From: an uncultured Acidobacteriaceae bacterium
GTDB taxonomy: Bacteria > Acidobacteriota > Terriglobia > Terriglobales > Acidobacteriaceae
Length of the DNA stretch: 64,000 nt
NCBI GenBank assembly: GCA_963799445.1
Contig: CAWCXX010000044.1
Coordinates: 11,989-75,988, forward strand
Direction: 5' to 3'
The position numbers and the translations under genes are program-made. The first letter of the stretch is position 1; every line of letters starts with the position of its first letter. The notes below the pieces were generated by a model. The model was not told the origin of the DNA and did not search any database. It saw only the letters and a list, made by a program, of their open reading frames with translations. Below, in pieces: positions 9,807-21,397 of the stretch.

Positions 9807-10662
9807 GTGACAAAACGAAGTGCATCTAAGGATGAGGTGCGAGGTTTTTGGACAATTACGGGGATCGTGGGGCTGGCAGTTGGCGTGGCCGTGCTGGCAG
9901 GACGCGGGGGAGATGAGCAGGTGGAGGGCGCTCAGCAGATGCAGCTCGCGGACGAGGTGAAACCGGTTCCGCCAACGCCGATTGCCATCAAGAAAGCGGA
10001 GCTCGATCAGCCGACGTGGGATCCGGCGTGGGACGTGATGATTGAGAAGGCACTGCCGGAGGATTTGCTCTCGAGGCGGCAGGCGCGCGAGGTGGGGACA
10101 CTGCTGCCCGCGTTTCCGGCACTTGAGCAAGGGCGAGCGGCGCGCATTCTGGGCATATTTCTTTCAGGCGCTGGCCGGAGCTGAAGCGGGGCTGAAGCCG
10201 ACCGCCGATGTGCATCACACCGAAACGGAAGTGGACGTTGCAGACGATGTGACTCACCGCCCGGTGCACCAGGAGGGCCTGCTGCAGCTCACCTATATGG
10301 ACAGCCAGCGCTACGGGTGCGACTTCGATTGGGAGAAGGACAAGGGCTTGGCAGAACACGATCCGCAAAAAACCATTCTGCAGCCGAAGAACAATTTGCT
10401 TTGCGGAATAAAAATACTCGAAAACCAGGTGGTGACGCGCCATGAGCCGCTCTTGAGCAACCAGAGTTACTGGTCGACGCTGCGGCCGGACAATGCAAGC
10501 TTTGCGGTCTTCAAGAAGCAGATGGCGAATGTGCCGGCGTATTGCTGGGAGGGGAGGCAGCCGGTGGAAGCGAGCCCGGCGCCGATGGTGGAGACGGAGA
10601 ACCAGCCGCCGAAGGCGAATCAGGGTACAGGTCAGAGCGCGGGGACGGCGAACGCGCAATAG
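9807..10662 (+). CDS. Exported lysozyme-like / lytic transglycosylase (SLT)-like protein, frameshift near 10100
   Basis: ORF 9807-10184 (N-terminal TM) joins ORF 10042-10662; motifs ALAGAEAG, EGLLQL, QPKNNLLCGIKIL resemble SLT motifs I-III. Confidence 0.55.
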
Positions 10663-10670
10663 AGCGTCTA

Positions 10671-10783
10671 TGGCGGTTCTCCAATTGGTGTAGAGCGAAG
10701 CCGATGCGGTCAAGTGGCGTTTTCCCTTAAGAAAACGCCACATTGCTCGATCCAATAACTCCACAGGAATCGGAGAACCGCCG
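10671..10783. mobile_element. TA-flanked ~113-bp MITE/ERIC-like hairpin element (copy 1)
   Basis: TA|tggcggttctccaatt ... aatcggagaaccgccg|TA; TGTA at +19; central palindrome gtggcgttttcccttaagaaaacgccac. Confidence 0.8.
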
Positions 10784-10869
10784 TAGCCAACGAGCGCGCG
10801 CGGTGAAGCAGCGAGTCAGCGCGGTCTTAGAAATTCAATGATGTAGCGGTTGCTCGATCTGGGATGCAT

Positions 10870-11547
10870 CTACTCCGCAGAGCGTTGGGGACGGCCCAGC
10901 AGGCGCGCGCCCAGAGCGCCGCCTCCGACCGCAAAAAGAAGCAGCGTAGCCATCAGAAGGGTAATGGCGCAAAGAACCCACCCGGCGCGTCCTTCCGGGG
11001 AAAGCATCCAGGATTTGGCAAGGGTGATCGTCTGCGCATCGACTCCCATGGATGTCCATTGCTGGCTCATCTGCTGGTTCACCAGGTTTTGCCAGAAATT
11101 GTCGAAGACATTGCCCTGGTGCAGCCAGTAGCGCATAGCATAAAGTGAGATGCCGGTCACGGCCGCGGCCGTCCATCCGCCCACCACTCCGGTCACAAGA
11201 CCGATGCGGGCGCCCGCCCCAATCGTGATCCGCGCTGGCCGCTGGCTGCGCATGTAGAGCGACACCACCCACACGCTGGATGCGGCCATCAACAACAGGC
11301 CGAAGATTCCCACCGGAGAGAGGAGCGAACAGATCAGTCCGGCCGGGATGGCCAGCAGAAGGACCGGCCGCAAAGCCTGTTTCCAGTCGATGCTGCCTGC
11401 ATCCCGCGCGGCCTCGCCCCACCGCTCGGGCTGGCCCGGTCCGGCGGAGTCCTCAGCTGTGTAGACAAACTGCGGCAGACCGCAGAAGGGGCAATAGCAA
11501 TCCGCGGTCTCGACAGTCTGGTGGCAACGGCTGCAGGTCAACTCCAT
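10870..11547 (-). CDS. Zinc-ribbon-containing membrane protein
   Basis: N-terminal CxxC-x10-CxxC followed by about 4 TM segments. Confidence 0.75.
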   Translation of the reverse strand: MELTCSRCHQTVETADCYCPFCGLPQFVYTAEDSAGPGQPERWGEAARDAGSIDWKQALRPVLLLAIPAGLICSLLSPVGIFGLLLMAASSVWVVSLYMRSQRPARITIGAGARIGLVTGVVGGWTAAAVTGISLYAMRYWLHQGNVFDNFWQNLVNQQMSQQWTSMGVDAQTITLAKSWMLSPEGRAGWVLCAITLLMATLLLFAVGGGALGARLLGRPQRSAE

Positions 11548-11629
11548 ACACTTAAGAGCCTATAGCATTTGGCCGGGGAGGGGGATTGGGTGCTGCCTCA
11601 GTTTCGTTGCAATCGTCTCTCAAGGGCTA

Positions 11630-11741
11630 CAGCAGAACCAGAATAGGTGTACCCGATGGCACGCCCTCTGAGTGGCTTTTTCATCAGGAAAAAGTCCCAA
11701 TGAAGACTCTTCGTTTGGGCACGTGAATTCTGGTTCTGCTC
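11630..11741. mobile_element. TA-flanked ~112-bp MITE/ERIC-like element (copy 2)
   Basis: TA|cagcagaaccagaat ... attctggttctgctc|TA; TGTA at +19; central gtggctttttcatcaggaaaaagtc; its end overlaps the cmk stop codon. Confidence 0.8.
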
Positions 11742-12479
11742 TAGAGTCTGGAGGCCAGCTTTGACTCCACGATGGCCTGGGCCGCGGCGACCGCCTCTTC
11801 CAGCGTCATGTGGGTCGAATCCAGAATCACGGAGTCGGGCGCAGGTTTCAGCGGCGAATCGGCGCGGTTGCGGTCCCGTTCGTCGCGAGCGCGCAGGTCG
11901 CGGACGATCTCTTCTGGCGGCGGAGTGGACGCGGAGACGCCTTGCTGCCCGAGCCGGTCAAGCTGACTATAGCGGCGCTGCCCGCGCACTTCAGGGGCAG
12001 CGTCGAGGAAGATCTTAACCTCGGCATGGGGAAAGACGACGGTGCCGATGTCGCGGCCTTCCATGACCACCCCGCCCTGAGCGCCGAGTTGCTGCTGCAA
12101 GCGGACCATCCAGGCGCGTATCGCCGGAAAAACGCTCACGCGCGAGGCAGCGTCGGTGACGGTCGGATTGCGGATCAGGCCTGTTACGTCCTCGTCATCG
12201 AGCAGAACGCGGTTTTCATCCTCGCCGGCGTCGAGGCGGATGGAAGTTTCGGCGGCTAGCCTCTTCCAGGCCCTTGCTCTCATCCAAAGGCAGACCGGCC
12301 CGGAGGGCCTTGAGGGCGAAGGCGCGGTACATGGCGCCGGTTTCAAGATTGAGCAGGCCGAAATGCAGGGCCAGGCGGCGGGCGATGGTGCTTTTGCCCG
12401 CGCCCGCGGGACCATCGATGGCGACGATGATTCTGCGGCCCGGCTCAGGAGAAGTTATGCGGCTTTCTTCCGCGCTCAT
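11741..12479 (-). CDS. cmk: Cytidylate kinase (frameshift near 12260)
   Basis: [24 protein letters not shown] in one frame, [35 protein letters not shown] in the next. Confidence 0.93.
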
Positions 12480-14104
12480 CCGCGTTTCTTCGTTCTCTGT
12501 CTTGAAGAAGCGGTAAAGCCGTACCGCGTTCTGTTGCCCGCCTTGGCGGCGGCTGCCAAAGCCGGCTTGCGGCTGCCGCGTGCGGCTGCGTACATCCGGG
12601 CGCGCGTCTTTTCTGGAAAGGCTGGGCCGGGAGGTAGCTGGCGCGCCTGGACGCAGGCTTCGCCGCGGCTTTCCCGGCGGTGGCGTGGCCGTTGCGCAGA
12701 CTCCTCGCCGCGGAAGGCTTCGTGTTTCGCAAGCTCGAAGCGCCGTTTGCCGGCCGGGCTGGACGGGCATGCCGTTTCCATTGAAGCGGCCTCCGCTGGC
12801 GGAAGCTTTTCGCGGCGTGTGTGCCGTTGTGCTTGCCGTTGGCGCTCTTCGCCGCGCTGTGCGCCCAGCGCGCGGCCGGCGCATGCCGGGAACTGCCGTT
12901 CGAGCGCGCTCCGGCTGACCGCGCTGATGTGGCGCGCGCGTCGCGGCCGGTAGGCCGGGCCACGCGGCTGCTCGCGGAGCTCTGCGACGGCTTGCGGTCA
13001 CGGGAACGAGCGGGCTGACGGCTGAAATGGGGCCGCGCCGCAGGCACCTTTTCGCTGGCTGGCGCAGGACGCTCGGCTGCGATAGGGAGCGCTGGCTCCG
13101 CCGCGGCGGATACCGTTTTCAGCACTCCGGCTGGAGTTGGCGCGGTTGCGGCAGTCGATGCCGGCTTTGCTGGCTCGCGCACCTCATCCTCATGCTCGTA
13201 CGAACGCAGGAAGTAGGTTGAAGCGGGCATGGACGAGCTGGCATAGGCCGTGGGAGGCGCAGTGAATTCCGGCAGCGTGCCGGCTACGTAAAAGTGCGGC
13301 GCGTGGCCGAAGGAAATGGTATGCACCTGGCGCGTGGCCACCAGTCCGCGAAGCACTTCGCGCACCTTGCTGCGCGCGGTCAGCGGGGCCAGGAACAGCT
13401 CCACCTCTTCCATGCTGGCGGCAATCACGGCCTGCAGGTAGATGGAGGCGAGCACCGAGATCGCGGTGACTTGCGAGGTTGACGCGCCTTCAGCAATCGC
13501 TTTCTGAAAACGCAGCCGCAGCAGTTGCCATTGGGCAGGCTTGCCGGGAGCGGAGACGACGGGAATGATGCGCAGCTGCTGCCAGAGTTCGGTGATGGCG
13601 CGCAGAACAGCGGATTCCGACACCTCGCGCCCCAGCGCGTGCTTCAACTGCGAGATGGTGGCGTCGCCGGCTTCCAGCAGCTTGTAGGCCTGAATGGCCA
13701 GCTGAGATACCTGGCGCGATCCGGTCAATTGCGGGCTGCGCCGCCAGTCGCGATCGCCGCGAAGAGCGTACACGTAGGGCAATACCCATCGCCGCCACAA
13801 CGAAGTCGGGCTGCTCGCCGGGCTGCCCCAGCAGGTTCAGCCGGACTGCCACACCATCCGCTTCCAGGCGAATGAGCAAATCTTCCGCCAGGGCAACGGT
13901 CTTGGCGGCCGGGGTCTGATTCCGCTCACCGGCTACGGCTTCGACAAAGGATGGCGCGATGAAGGAGGAGAATTGCCGCCTCGGCAGGAAAAGACACAAT
14001 CCCGTCTCCTCCAGCCACGTCCGGGCGTCCTCTAATGTGGTCGCCCCAAGTCCGTTCTGGCGCATCCTTTCGGAGCGCGATGCTTCCAATTGTTCCGCTG
14101 TCAA
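12476..14104 (-). CDS. Hypothetical protein, possibly winged-helix AlkZ/YcaQ-related, with long basic low-complexity C-terminal tail; frameshifted (~13790, ~12790)
   Basis: ORFs 13490-14104, 12445-13800 and 12476-12781 are contiguous pieces between mutL and cmk; family call is weak recall only. Confidence 0.5.
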
Positions 14105-14186
14105 AGAAAAAACCTCGCTTCCAGGTTGGTAATCACACCCTGCAACCCCTCGCTCCTGAGAGCGGGGCGGCCACCTTCCATCTCTC

Positions 14187-16333
14187 CTAAATACGGTGGA
14201 AGGCCCGCTGGATCTCCTTCCAGGAATACAGCAAAGCTATTGGACGTCCATGCGGGCAACTGGTTGGGTGGCGGGTCTTTGCAAGTTCTAACAATAACCA
14301 TTCTATACGTTTTTCATCTAAAGCGGTATTCACTTTGATGGCCGAATGGCAGGCAATGGAGGCGGCAATGCGCGTGCGGAGGCGGTTAAGTTCCTCATTC
14401 CGCATGGGTTCGTCAGAGTCTGCAGAGGATTGCTCGATCACCTCGCCCAGCGTGCGCTCGAGGGCCGCGCCCTCCAGGCCCACCGGAGCCGCTTTCACCG
14501 CAAGTGTCTGTGGGCCAAAGGGTTCCACCTCAAAGCCATTGTTTTCGAGCTCCTCGGCGATGCGCGCAAAAACCACCATCTGCTCGGGCTTCAGCTCCAC
14601 CAGCAAAGGCATCAGCAGGCGCTGGCGCTGCACGCTCTCCACTTGGCGGTCGCGCAGGATCTTCTCAAAAAGCACCCGTTCGTGTGCAACATGCTGGTCG
14701 ATGATCCACAATCCATCGTCGCCTGCGGCCAGAATGAACGACTCGCGCAACTGCCCGAGCGGCTTGAGCGAGCCCAGGCGGTTCAGGCTGGCGGCGGCCT
14801 GCTCGGCTTCGACCAGGGCTGCGGCCGCGGCCGGGTCAGTCCCGAATTGCGTTGGCCCGGATGCCGCTGAATTGCTGAGACTTGGGCTGCATTCGCCGGT
14901 GTCGGGAGCGCTGGCCGGCGTAAAGAGCGCCTTTGCGGCTTCGCCCCAGCGCTTCCCGATCGAAGCTGCGGGGGTCAAAGCGTTGGGATTCGGACGTTGC
15001 CCGTCCTCCAGGCCTCCGCCTTCAAAGGGCAGCTTGCCGGGGACGGGCGACGGCACGCGCGGGGTCAGGCTGGAATGGACTCGGCTGTCGGCACGCAGCG
15101 CCCGCGAAGGCTTCCGGGTCGGAGTCCGGCGGCGAGCGCCGAGCTGCGCCACTCTGGGCAGGCCCCGGCAGACGGCGAGGCGGCAGGCGGCATCAGCGAA
15201 GGGCTGGCCGTGGGCTGGGAGTCGAGCGCGGCCAGAAAACCGGCGGCGGGCCGCGCCTTGACGAGCGCCGTGCGCAGGCTGTCGCGCACAAAGTCGTGGA
15301 CCAGGCTCTGCTGGCGGAAGCGCACCTCGGTTTTGGCGGGGTGCACGTTCACGTCCACTTCCTCGGGCGGCATCTCCAGGAACAAAAGCACCACGGGGAA
15401 GCTGGTGGGCGGAATCACGTTGCGATAAGCCTCGGTGATGGCGTGCATCAGCAGCCGGTCGCGGATGAGGCGCTTGTTCACGAAGATGTAGATGGAGTTG
15501 CGGTTCAGCTTTTGCAGTTCCGGCTTGGAGTAGAAGCCGGTGAGCCGCAGAGTGCCGGGAATGCGCGAGGGCTCGTCCGGATCTTTCTTCCACGGCGGCG
15601 GTTCGGGCAGGCCGGCGCGCTCAAGCGGCGCCTCGGCGGCCACAGGCAGCAGTTGGCCCAGCGTCTCTTTGCCGAAGATCTGATAGATGCGCTCGGCGGT
15701 GCGGGTGACGGGCGGCGCGGAGACGATGGTGTGGCTGGCCGAGATGAGCTCGAAGTGCTTCTCAGGATGGGCCAGCGCGTAATGCGTGACCAGCGCGGTG
15801 ACGTGCGCGAGCTCTGTCGCCTCGGCGCGCAGGAATTTGCGCCGCGCCGGCGTGTTGAAGAAGAGGTCGGCGACGGCGAGCGTGGTGCCGCGGGGCAGGG
15901 CAGCGTCTTCCACGCGCAGAATTTTGCCGCCGGCAATTTCGATCCGCGTGCCAACTGCCAGTGGGTTCGCCGTCCGCGACTGGATCCGGTCGGCAGTTTC
16001 CAGCGTGACGCGGGCCACCGAGGCGATGGACGGCAGCGCCTCGCCGCGAAAGCCCAGTGTGGCAATCGAGAGCAGATCGTCGACGGTGCGCAGCTTTGAA
16101 GTGGCGTGGCGCTCAAAGGCCAGCAGGGCGTCGTCGCGGCTCATGCCCTGGCCGTCGTCGGAGACGCGGATCAGGCGCCTTCCGCCGCCCTCCACCTCGA
16201 CGCGGATGCGCATGGCTCCCGCGTCCAGGGCGTTCTCCAGCAGCTCCTTCACCACCGAAGCGGGCCGGTCCACCACCTCGCCGGCGGCGATCTGGTTGGC
16301 AACCTGATCGGGAAGGATGCGGATCTGGCCCAT
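14187..16333 (-). CDS. mutL: DNA mismatch repair protein MutL (frameshift near 15100)
   Basis: NQIAAGEVVDRPASVVKELLENALDAGA, GFRGEALPSI, VDVNVHPAK; C-terminal endonuclease motifs DQHVAHER, ACH, CPHGRP. Confidence 0.96.
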
Positions 16334-16357
16334 AAGCAATCAGGGTAACTCAAGAAG

Positions 16358-16497
16358 CAGTTCGCAGTTCATCGTTCTCAGTGGTCAGTGAGCAGATTGC
16401 AGTGGACTTCCGCCTTCAATGGTCCGCGATCTGCCGCTGTTTGCGTGTACCGTGTAAGCACGTCTACTGGGAACTGAAAACTATGAACTACGAGCAG
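16358..16497. repeat. Degenerate CAGT(T/G)NN heptamer tract and inverted GAACT tract
   Basis: cagttcg cagttca tcgttct cagtggt cagtgag cagattg cagtgga; then gaactgaaaactatgaactacgag. Confidence 0.6.
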
Positions 16498-16626
16498 CGG
16501 CGCTACCGCAATCAAAAGGCACTTGCCCGTAGTGTGACCGAAGGCACACGCGCATCCTTGCCACGGCGCGACAATACGAGTAAGGCCCGGCTAACCCTAT
16601 ATTGCGCCGGCCCGGAGAATCGATTC

Positions 16627-17617
16627 ATGAGCGACCTTGCCACGCTGGCTGAAGCCGTTGCTGTCGATCCGCTTGTCGGCCATCCCCCCGACTACCACGT
16701 CTTTCAAAAGTTCATCGAGCGTTGCAAAAATCTCCCGGCCATCACCACCGCCGTGGTTTGGCCGCTTACTGACGTAGCCCTCAGCGGCGCTGTTGAAGCC
16801 GCTGCCGCCGACCTCATCGCGCCCATCCTGATCGGCCCGGAAGCGGCCTTGAAGGCCTTGGCTGCGAAGATCGGCGTCGACATCAGCAAGTTCCCGATTG
16901 TAGAGGCGGAATACCGAGACAAAGGCCGCCGTGACGGCCGTGGCCATGTGCCGCGGTGCCGGCAACGCCCAGGCCCTCATGAAGGGCAGCCTGCACACCG
17001 ACGAGCTGTTGAGGCCCGCCATGGCCCGCGACACCGGCCTGCGCACCGCGCGCCGCGTCTCCCACGTCTTCATCATGGATACGCCGGCCTACGCCCGCAC
17101 CATGCTCATCACCGACGCGGCCATCAACATTGAACCCACGCTCGAAGACAAGATCCATATCGTGCAGAACGCCATCGACCTGGCCCATGCGCTTGGCATT
17201 CCCGAGCCCAAGGTCGCGCTGCTCTCCGCGGTTGAAACCGTCAATCCCAAGATCCAATCCACCCTCGACGCCACCGCGCTTTGCAAGATGGCTGACCGCG
17301 GCCAGATCACTGGTGGCATCCTCGATGGCCCGCTTGCCTTCGATACTGCCGTCAGCGCGAAAGCCGCCGCAATCAAAAAGCTGGTTTCGCCCGTCACCGG
17401 CCAGGCCGACATCCTCGTGGTTCCCGATCTCGAGAGCGGCAACATGCTGGTCAAGCAGCTTGTATACTTGGGCGGCGCGCAACTGGCCGGCATCGTGCTT
17501 GGCTCCCGCGTGCCTGCTATCCTCACCAGCCGCGCGGACTCGGCAGAGACGCGCCTTACAAGCTGCGCCGTTGCCGCGCTGCTCCACTACGCTACACACC
17601 CTGCGGTGAAGGTCTAG
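16627..17617 (+). CDS. Phosphate acetyl/butyryltransferase (frameshift near 16912)
   Basis: ALMKGSLHTD, ITDAAINIEP, KVALLSAVE, DGPLAFD, ADILVVPDLESGNML, LTSRADS. Confidence 0.92.
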
Positions 17618-17641
17618 TTCTTCCACCGGATCCGCACTGTC

Positions 17642-17676
17642 GAACGGGCGCCGTCAACCTCCGCGGCGCCCGTTTC
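17642..17676 (+). terminator. Probable intrinsic terminator hairpin
   Basis: gaacgggcgccg-tcaacctccg-cggcgcccgtttc right after the pta/ptb stop. Confidence 0.6.
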
Positions 17677-17836
17677 AGTCTGGCGGCGTTATGGTCTTGA
17701 GCGAGTGCTCCGCCGACTCTCAGCCTCTAAGCGCAGCGAGTGAGCCAACCTTTCGCTTCGGTGCGGCATCGTAAAACTTTGTGTGACAAATAAGCGGTCG
17801 ATTGTGCCGGCACGATGTGCGCGCAAAGGAGAATCC

Positions 17837-18346
17837 ATGTCAACCCATACCAGCCAGGAATCGAGAGCGGCCAAAGTCAGCAATCCGGACGGCTTTCAGC
17901 CGGAGCAGGTGAAGAATCTATCCAGCGTGCTGAACGCTCTGCTGGCTGATGTCTTCGCACTCTATGTCAAAACCAAGAACTTCCACTGGCACATGAGCGG
18001 GCCGCATTTCCGCGACTATCATCTGCTGCTCGATCAGCAGGGTGAGCAGATATTCGCCATGACCGACGATCTGGCCGAGCGGGTGCGCAAGATCGGAGGG
18101 ACCACCGTCCGCTCCATAGGCCATATCGCGCGGCTGCAGCGCATCCATGACAACGACCAGGAGTTCGTGTCGGCCCACGACATGCTGGTGGAGCTGCACA
18201 GCGACAATAGGTCGCTGATTGACAGCCTGCGCGCGGCCCACGAGGTGACTGATCGCGCCAACGATTACGCCACGACGAGCATGATCGAGGTGTGGATCGA
18301 TGAAGCCGAGCGGCGCGCATGGTTCCTGTTTGAATCCACGCGCTAG
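17837..18346 (+). CDS. dps: Dps DNA starvation/stationary phase protection protein
   Basis: LYVKTKNFHWHMSGPHFRDYHLLLD..DDLAERVRKIGG; AAGGAGA RBS. Confidence 0.95.
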   Translation: MSTHTSQESRAAKVSNPDGFQPEQVKNLSSVLNALLADVFALYVKTKNFHWHMSGPHFRDYHLLLDQQGEQIFAMTDDLAERVRKIGGTTVRSIGHIARLQRIHDNDQEFVSAHDMLVELHSDNRSLIDSLRAAHEVTDRANDYATTSMIEVWIDEAERRAWFLFESTR

Positions 18347-18396
18347 CGGGCCGCAGGCTAACCGAGGTTCGAGGAAATGGGGAGACGTTGGCCTCA

Positions 18397-18442
18397 GCGT
18401 GAACCTGATGGGCGGGTGGCCACCCACCGATCAGGTTCACGC
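18397..18442. repeat. Long near-perfect inverted repeat downstream of dps
   Basis: GCGTGAACCTGAT-gggcGGGTGGCCACCCaccg-ATCAGGTTCACGC. Confidence 0.7.
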
Positions 18443-18597
18443 AGGAAAGGGAACAACTGCGGCTTAATAGAATCCGGCGACGGATTTTCGCATCAACTAC
18501 TTAGGCTGAAAGTTGCGGTTTCGTCAACCGTTATCATGAGGCTTGCCCACAGGGTCCCGTCCGTTGGGCTCGAATTGACAGGAGGGCGCTCAAGCCT

Positions 18598-20417
18598 ATG
18601 TCCACCGTCGCCACATCCCCTATTGTTGCCACTTCCCCCATTGCAGCCGCCGCCGGCGGCAGTTTTCTGCTCGAATCCCGCACGCCGGAAGAGATTTTCA
18701 CTCCCGAAGATCTGAACGAGGAGCAGCGCCAGATCGCGGCCACCGCGGCCCGGTTTGCGCGCGAAGAGATTCTGCCCAGCTCGCGGCGATCGAGGCCAAA
18801 GAGCCCGGCGTCATGCAGGCGATCCTGCGCAAGGCCGCGGAACTTGGATTCACTGCGGTCGACATTCCCGAGGAGTACGGCGGCCTGGGGATGGACAAGG
18901 TCAGTTCCACGCTGATCAGCGATCACCTCTCGATACAGGCCAGCTTTTCCACGGCCTTTAACGCGCACGTCGGCATCGCCACGCTGCCGCTGGTTTGGTA
19001 CGGGACCGACGAACAGAAGCAACGCTACCTGCCCAGGCTGGCGACGTGCGAGTTGATCGGGGCCTATGGATTGTCTGAGGCCAGTTCCGGCTCCGACGCC
19101 ATGAACATCCGCACCCGCGCGACGCTTTCGGCCGACGGCTCGCACTACATTCTCAACGGCGAAAAGCATTGGCTCACAAATTGCGGCATCGCCGGACTCT
19201 ACACGATCTTTGCCAAAATTGACGGCGAAAAGTTCACTGCATTCCTCATCGAGCGCGGCACACCGGGCCTTACGGTGGGCGCAGAGGAACACAAGTTGGG
19301 AATTCGCGGCTCGTCTACCTGCCCTCTGGTCTTGCAGGATTGCAAAATCCCCAAAGAAAACCTGCTGGGCGAGGCTGGCAAGGGCCACCACATTGCATTC
19401 AATGTGCTCAACCTGGGCCGCCTCAAGCTGGGCATAGCATGCATCGGCGGTGCGCGGCACCCGCTCGCGAACATGATTCGCTACGCTAAAGAGCGCCGCG
19501 CTTTCGGCAAGACGATTGCGGAGTTCGGCTTGATCCAGCGCAAGATTTCCTCCTCGGCTGCACAGCTCTATGCCGCCGAGAGCATGGCCTACCGCACGGC
19601 AGGCCTTATTGACGCTAAACTGGCGGAATCCGAGCGCCGACCGGCTCACACCAGACCCGTCGATGTTCCACGCAGCATTGAGGAGTACGCGGTGGAGTGC
19701 TCGATCCTGAAGGTCTATGGGTCTGAGATGCTCTCGATGGTGGTCGACGAACTTGTTGCCACAATGGGCGGCTACGGCTACGTCGAGGATTATCCGGCGG
19801 AGCGCTACTACCGCGATGCGCGCATCAACCGGATCTTTGAGGGCACCAACGAGATCAACCGCCAGATCATTACCGGATGGCTGATGAAGCGGGCAGTGAG
19901 TGGAAAGCTGCCGCTGCTCCAGGCCATCAAGCGCGTGATGGGTGAAGTGACGGAGCCGCCCGCGTTCAGCGATGACTCAGGCGCAGGCGGGCTGCTCAAG
20001 CGCGAGGCCGCAGTGTTGGCGGCGGTGAAAAAGATGGCGCTGTTTGCGGCGGGCGTGGCCAGCCAGCGCTTCATGACCGGGCTTGAGGAGCAGCAGGAGA
20101 TTATGGCCGACCTGGCCGACGTGATCAGCCACGTCTATGCGCTGGAGTCGGCGCTGCTGCGGGCGCAGAAGCTGGCCCGCGCGGGACGCAACTCGGCCGA
20201 AGTTGCCGCGGCGATGACGGGGCTGTTGGCGGACGAGGCGATGGGGTTGGCCGAGCAGGCGGCGCGGCGCGTTTTGGCGGCGTGCGGCGAAGGCGACGCA
20301 CTGCGCACGCAGTTGGCGATTCTCAGGCGGCTGGCGCGGTTCACCCCGGCTGACGTGGTGGGCTTGAGCCGCACTGTGGCCAAACATGCCATTGCGCTGG
20401 AGCGGTATCCGGTTTAG
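18598..20417 (+). CDS. Long acyl-CoA dehydrogenase (frameshift near 18780)
   Basis: PEEYGGLG, YGLSEASSGSDA, LNGEKHWLTN, EHKLGIRGSST, GGYGYVEDYPAERYYRDARINRIFEGTNEINR. Confidence 0.94.
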
Positions 20418-20435
20418 GATCATCGTTCGCATCCG

Positions 20436-21324
20436 ATGCAGCACGCGCCAATCGATCCCGGCACAATTCGCGCACTGCTCGCGGAGGCCGAGTCGTTGCT
20501 TGCCGAGGGAGCGCATCCCGATCGGGCGCGGCGCGACGCCGAGGCGCTGCTGCTCCAGGTTCTGCAAAAGAAAAGACCCGGACAAAAATTGCGCATGGCT
20601 CATCGCCCACGAGGACGAGCCTCTTGCGCCCGATGCCGCTGCTGTGCTGCGCGCTCTGGCCAAGCGCCGCCGCACAGGCGAGCCCATCCAATACATCACC
20701 GGCGAGACGGAGTTCTACGGGCTCAACTTCCGTGTCAACCGCGATGTGCTCATCCCGCGCCCGGAGACGGAACACCTGGTGGAGAAGGCGATTGCGCTGG
20801 CCGCCGGTTTCGTCCGGCCTCGGATCGTCGATGTCGGCGCCGGTTCGGGAGCGATTGCCGTGGCATTGGCAGCCATGTTGCCTGCTGCGCAAATGACCGC
20901 TACGGAAATCTCCGCATCCGCGCTGACCGTAGCGCGCGAAAACGCGGAGCGAAACAGCGTTGCGGAGCGAGTGCGCTTTCTCGAAGGCGATCTGCTGGCG
21001 CCTGTCGCTGGGGAGCGGTTCGATCTTGTCGTTTCTAATCCGCCTTACGTGCCGGAAGGCGACCGCGATACGCTCTCCGTCGAGGTGCGCGACTACGAGC
21101 CCGAGCAGGCTCTCTTCGCAGGCGCCGACGGCCTTGCAATCTACCGCCGTCTCATTCCCGCTGCATTCAGCGCACTCGTACCTGGCGGCTTTGCCGTGCT
21201 CGAGATCGGACATGGGCAGCAAGAGGTAATCCACCCGCTGCTCGCGGGTGCGGGATTCAGCGGCATCGAGTTTACTGAAGACTTACAGAAGATTCCGCGC
21301 GTCGCCGTTGCCCGGAAACCGTGA
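20436..21324 (+). CDS. prmC: Release factor glutamine methyltransferase PrmC/HemK (frameshift near 20570)
   Basis: GEPIQYITGETEFYG, VLIPRPETE, DVGAGSGAIA, SNPPY. Confidence 0.95.
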
Positions 21325-21397
21325 TTTGAACTTGAGTACACAGTGCAACGAGCGGCAAGCAGAGAATTGAGGGGCCACCCGTGAAGGCCACGCCGGG

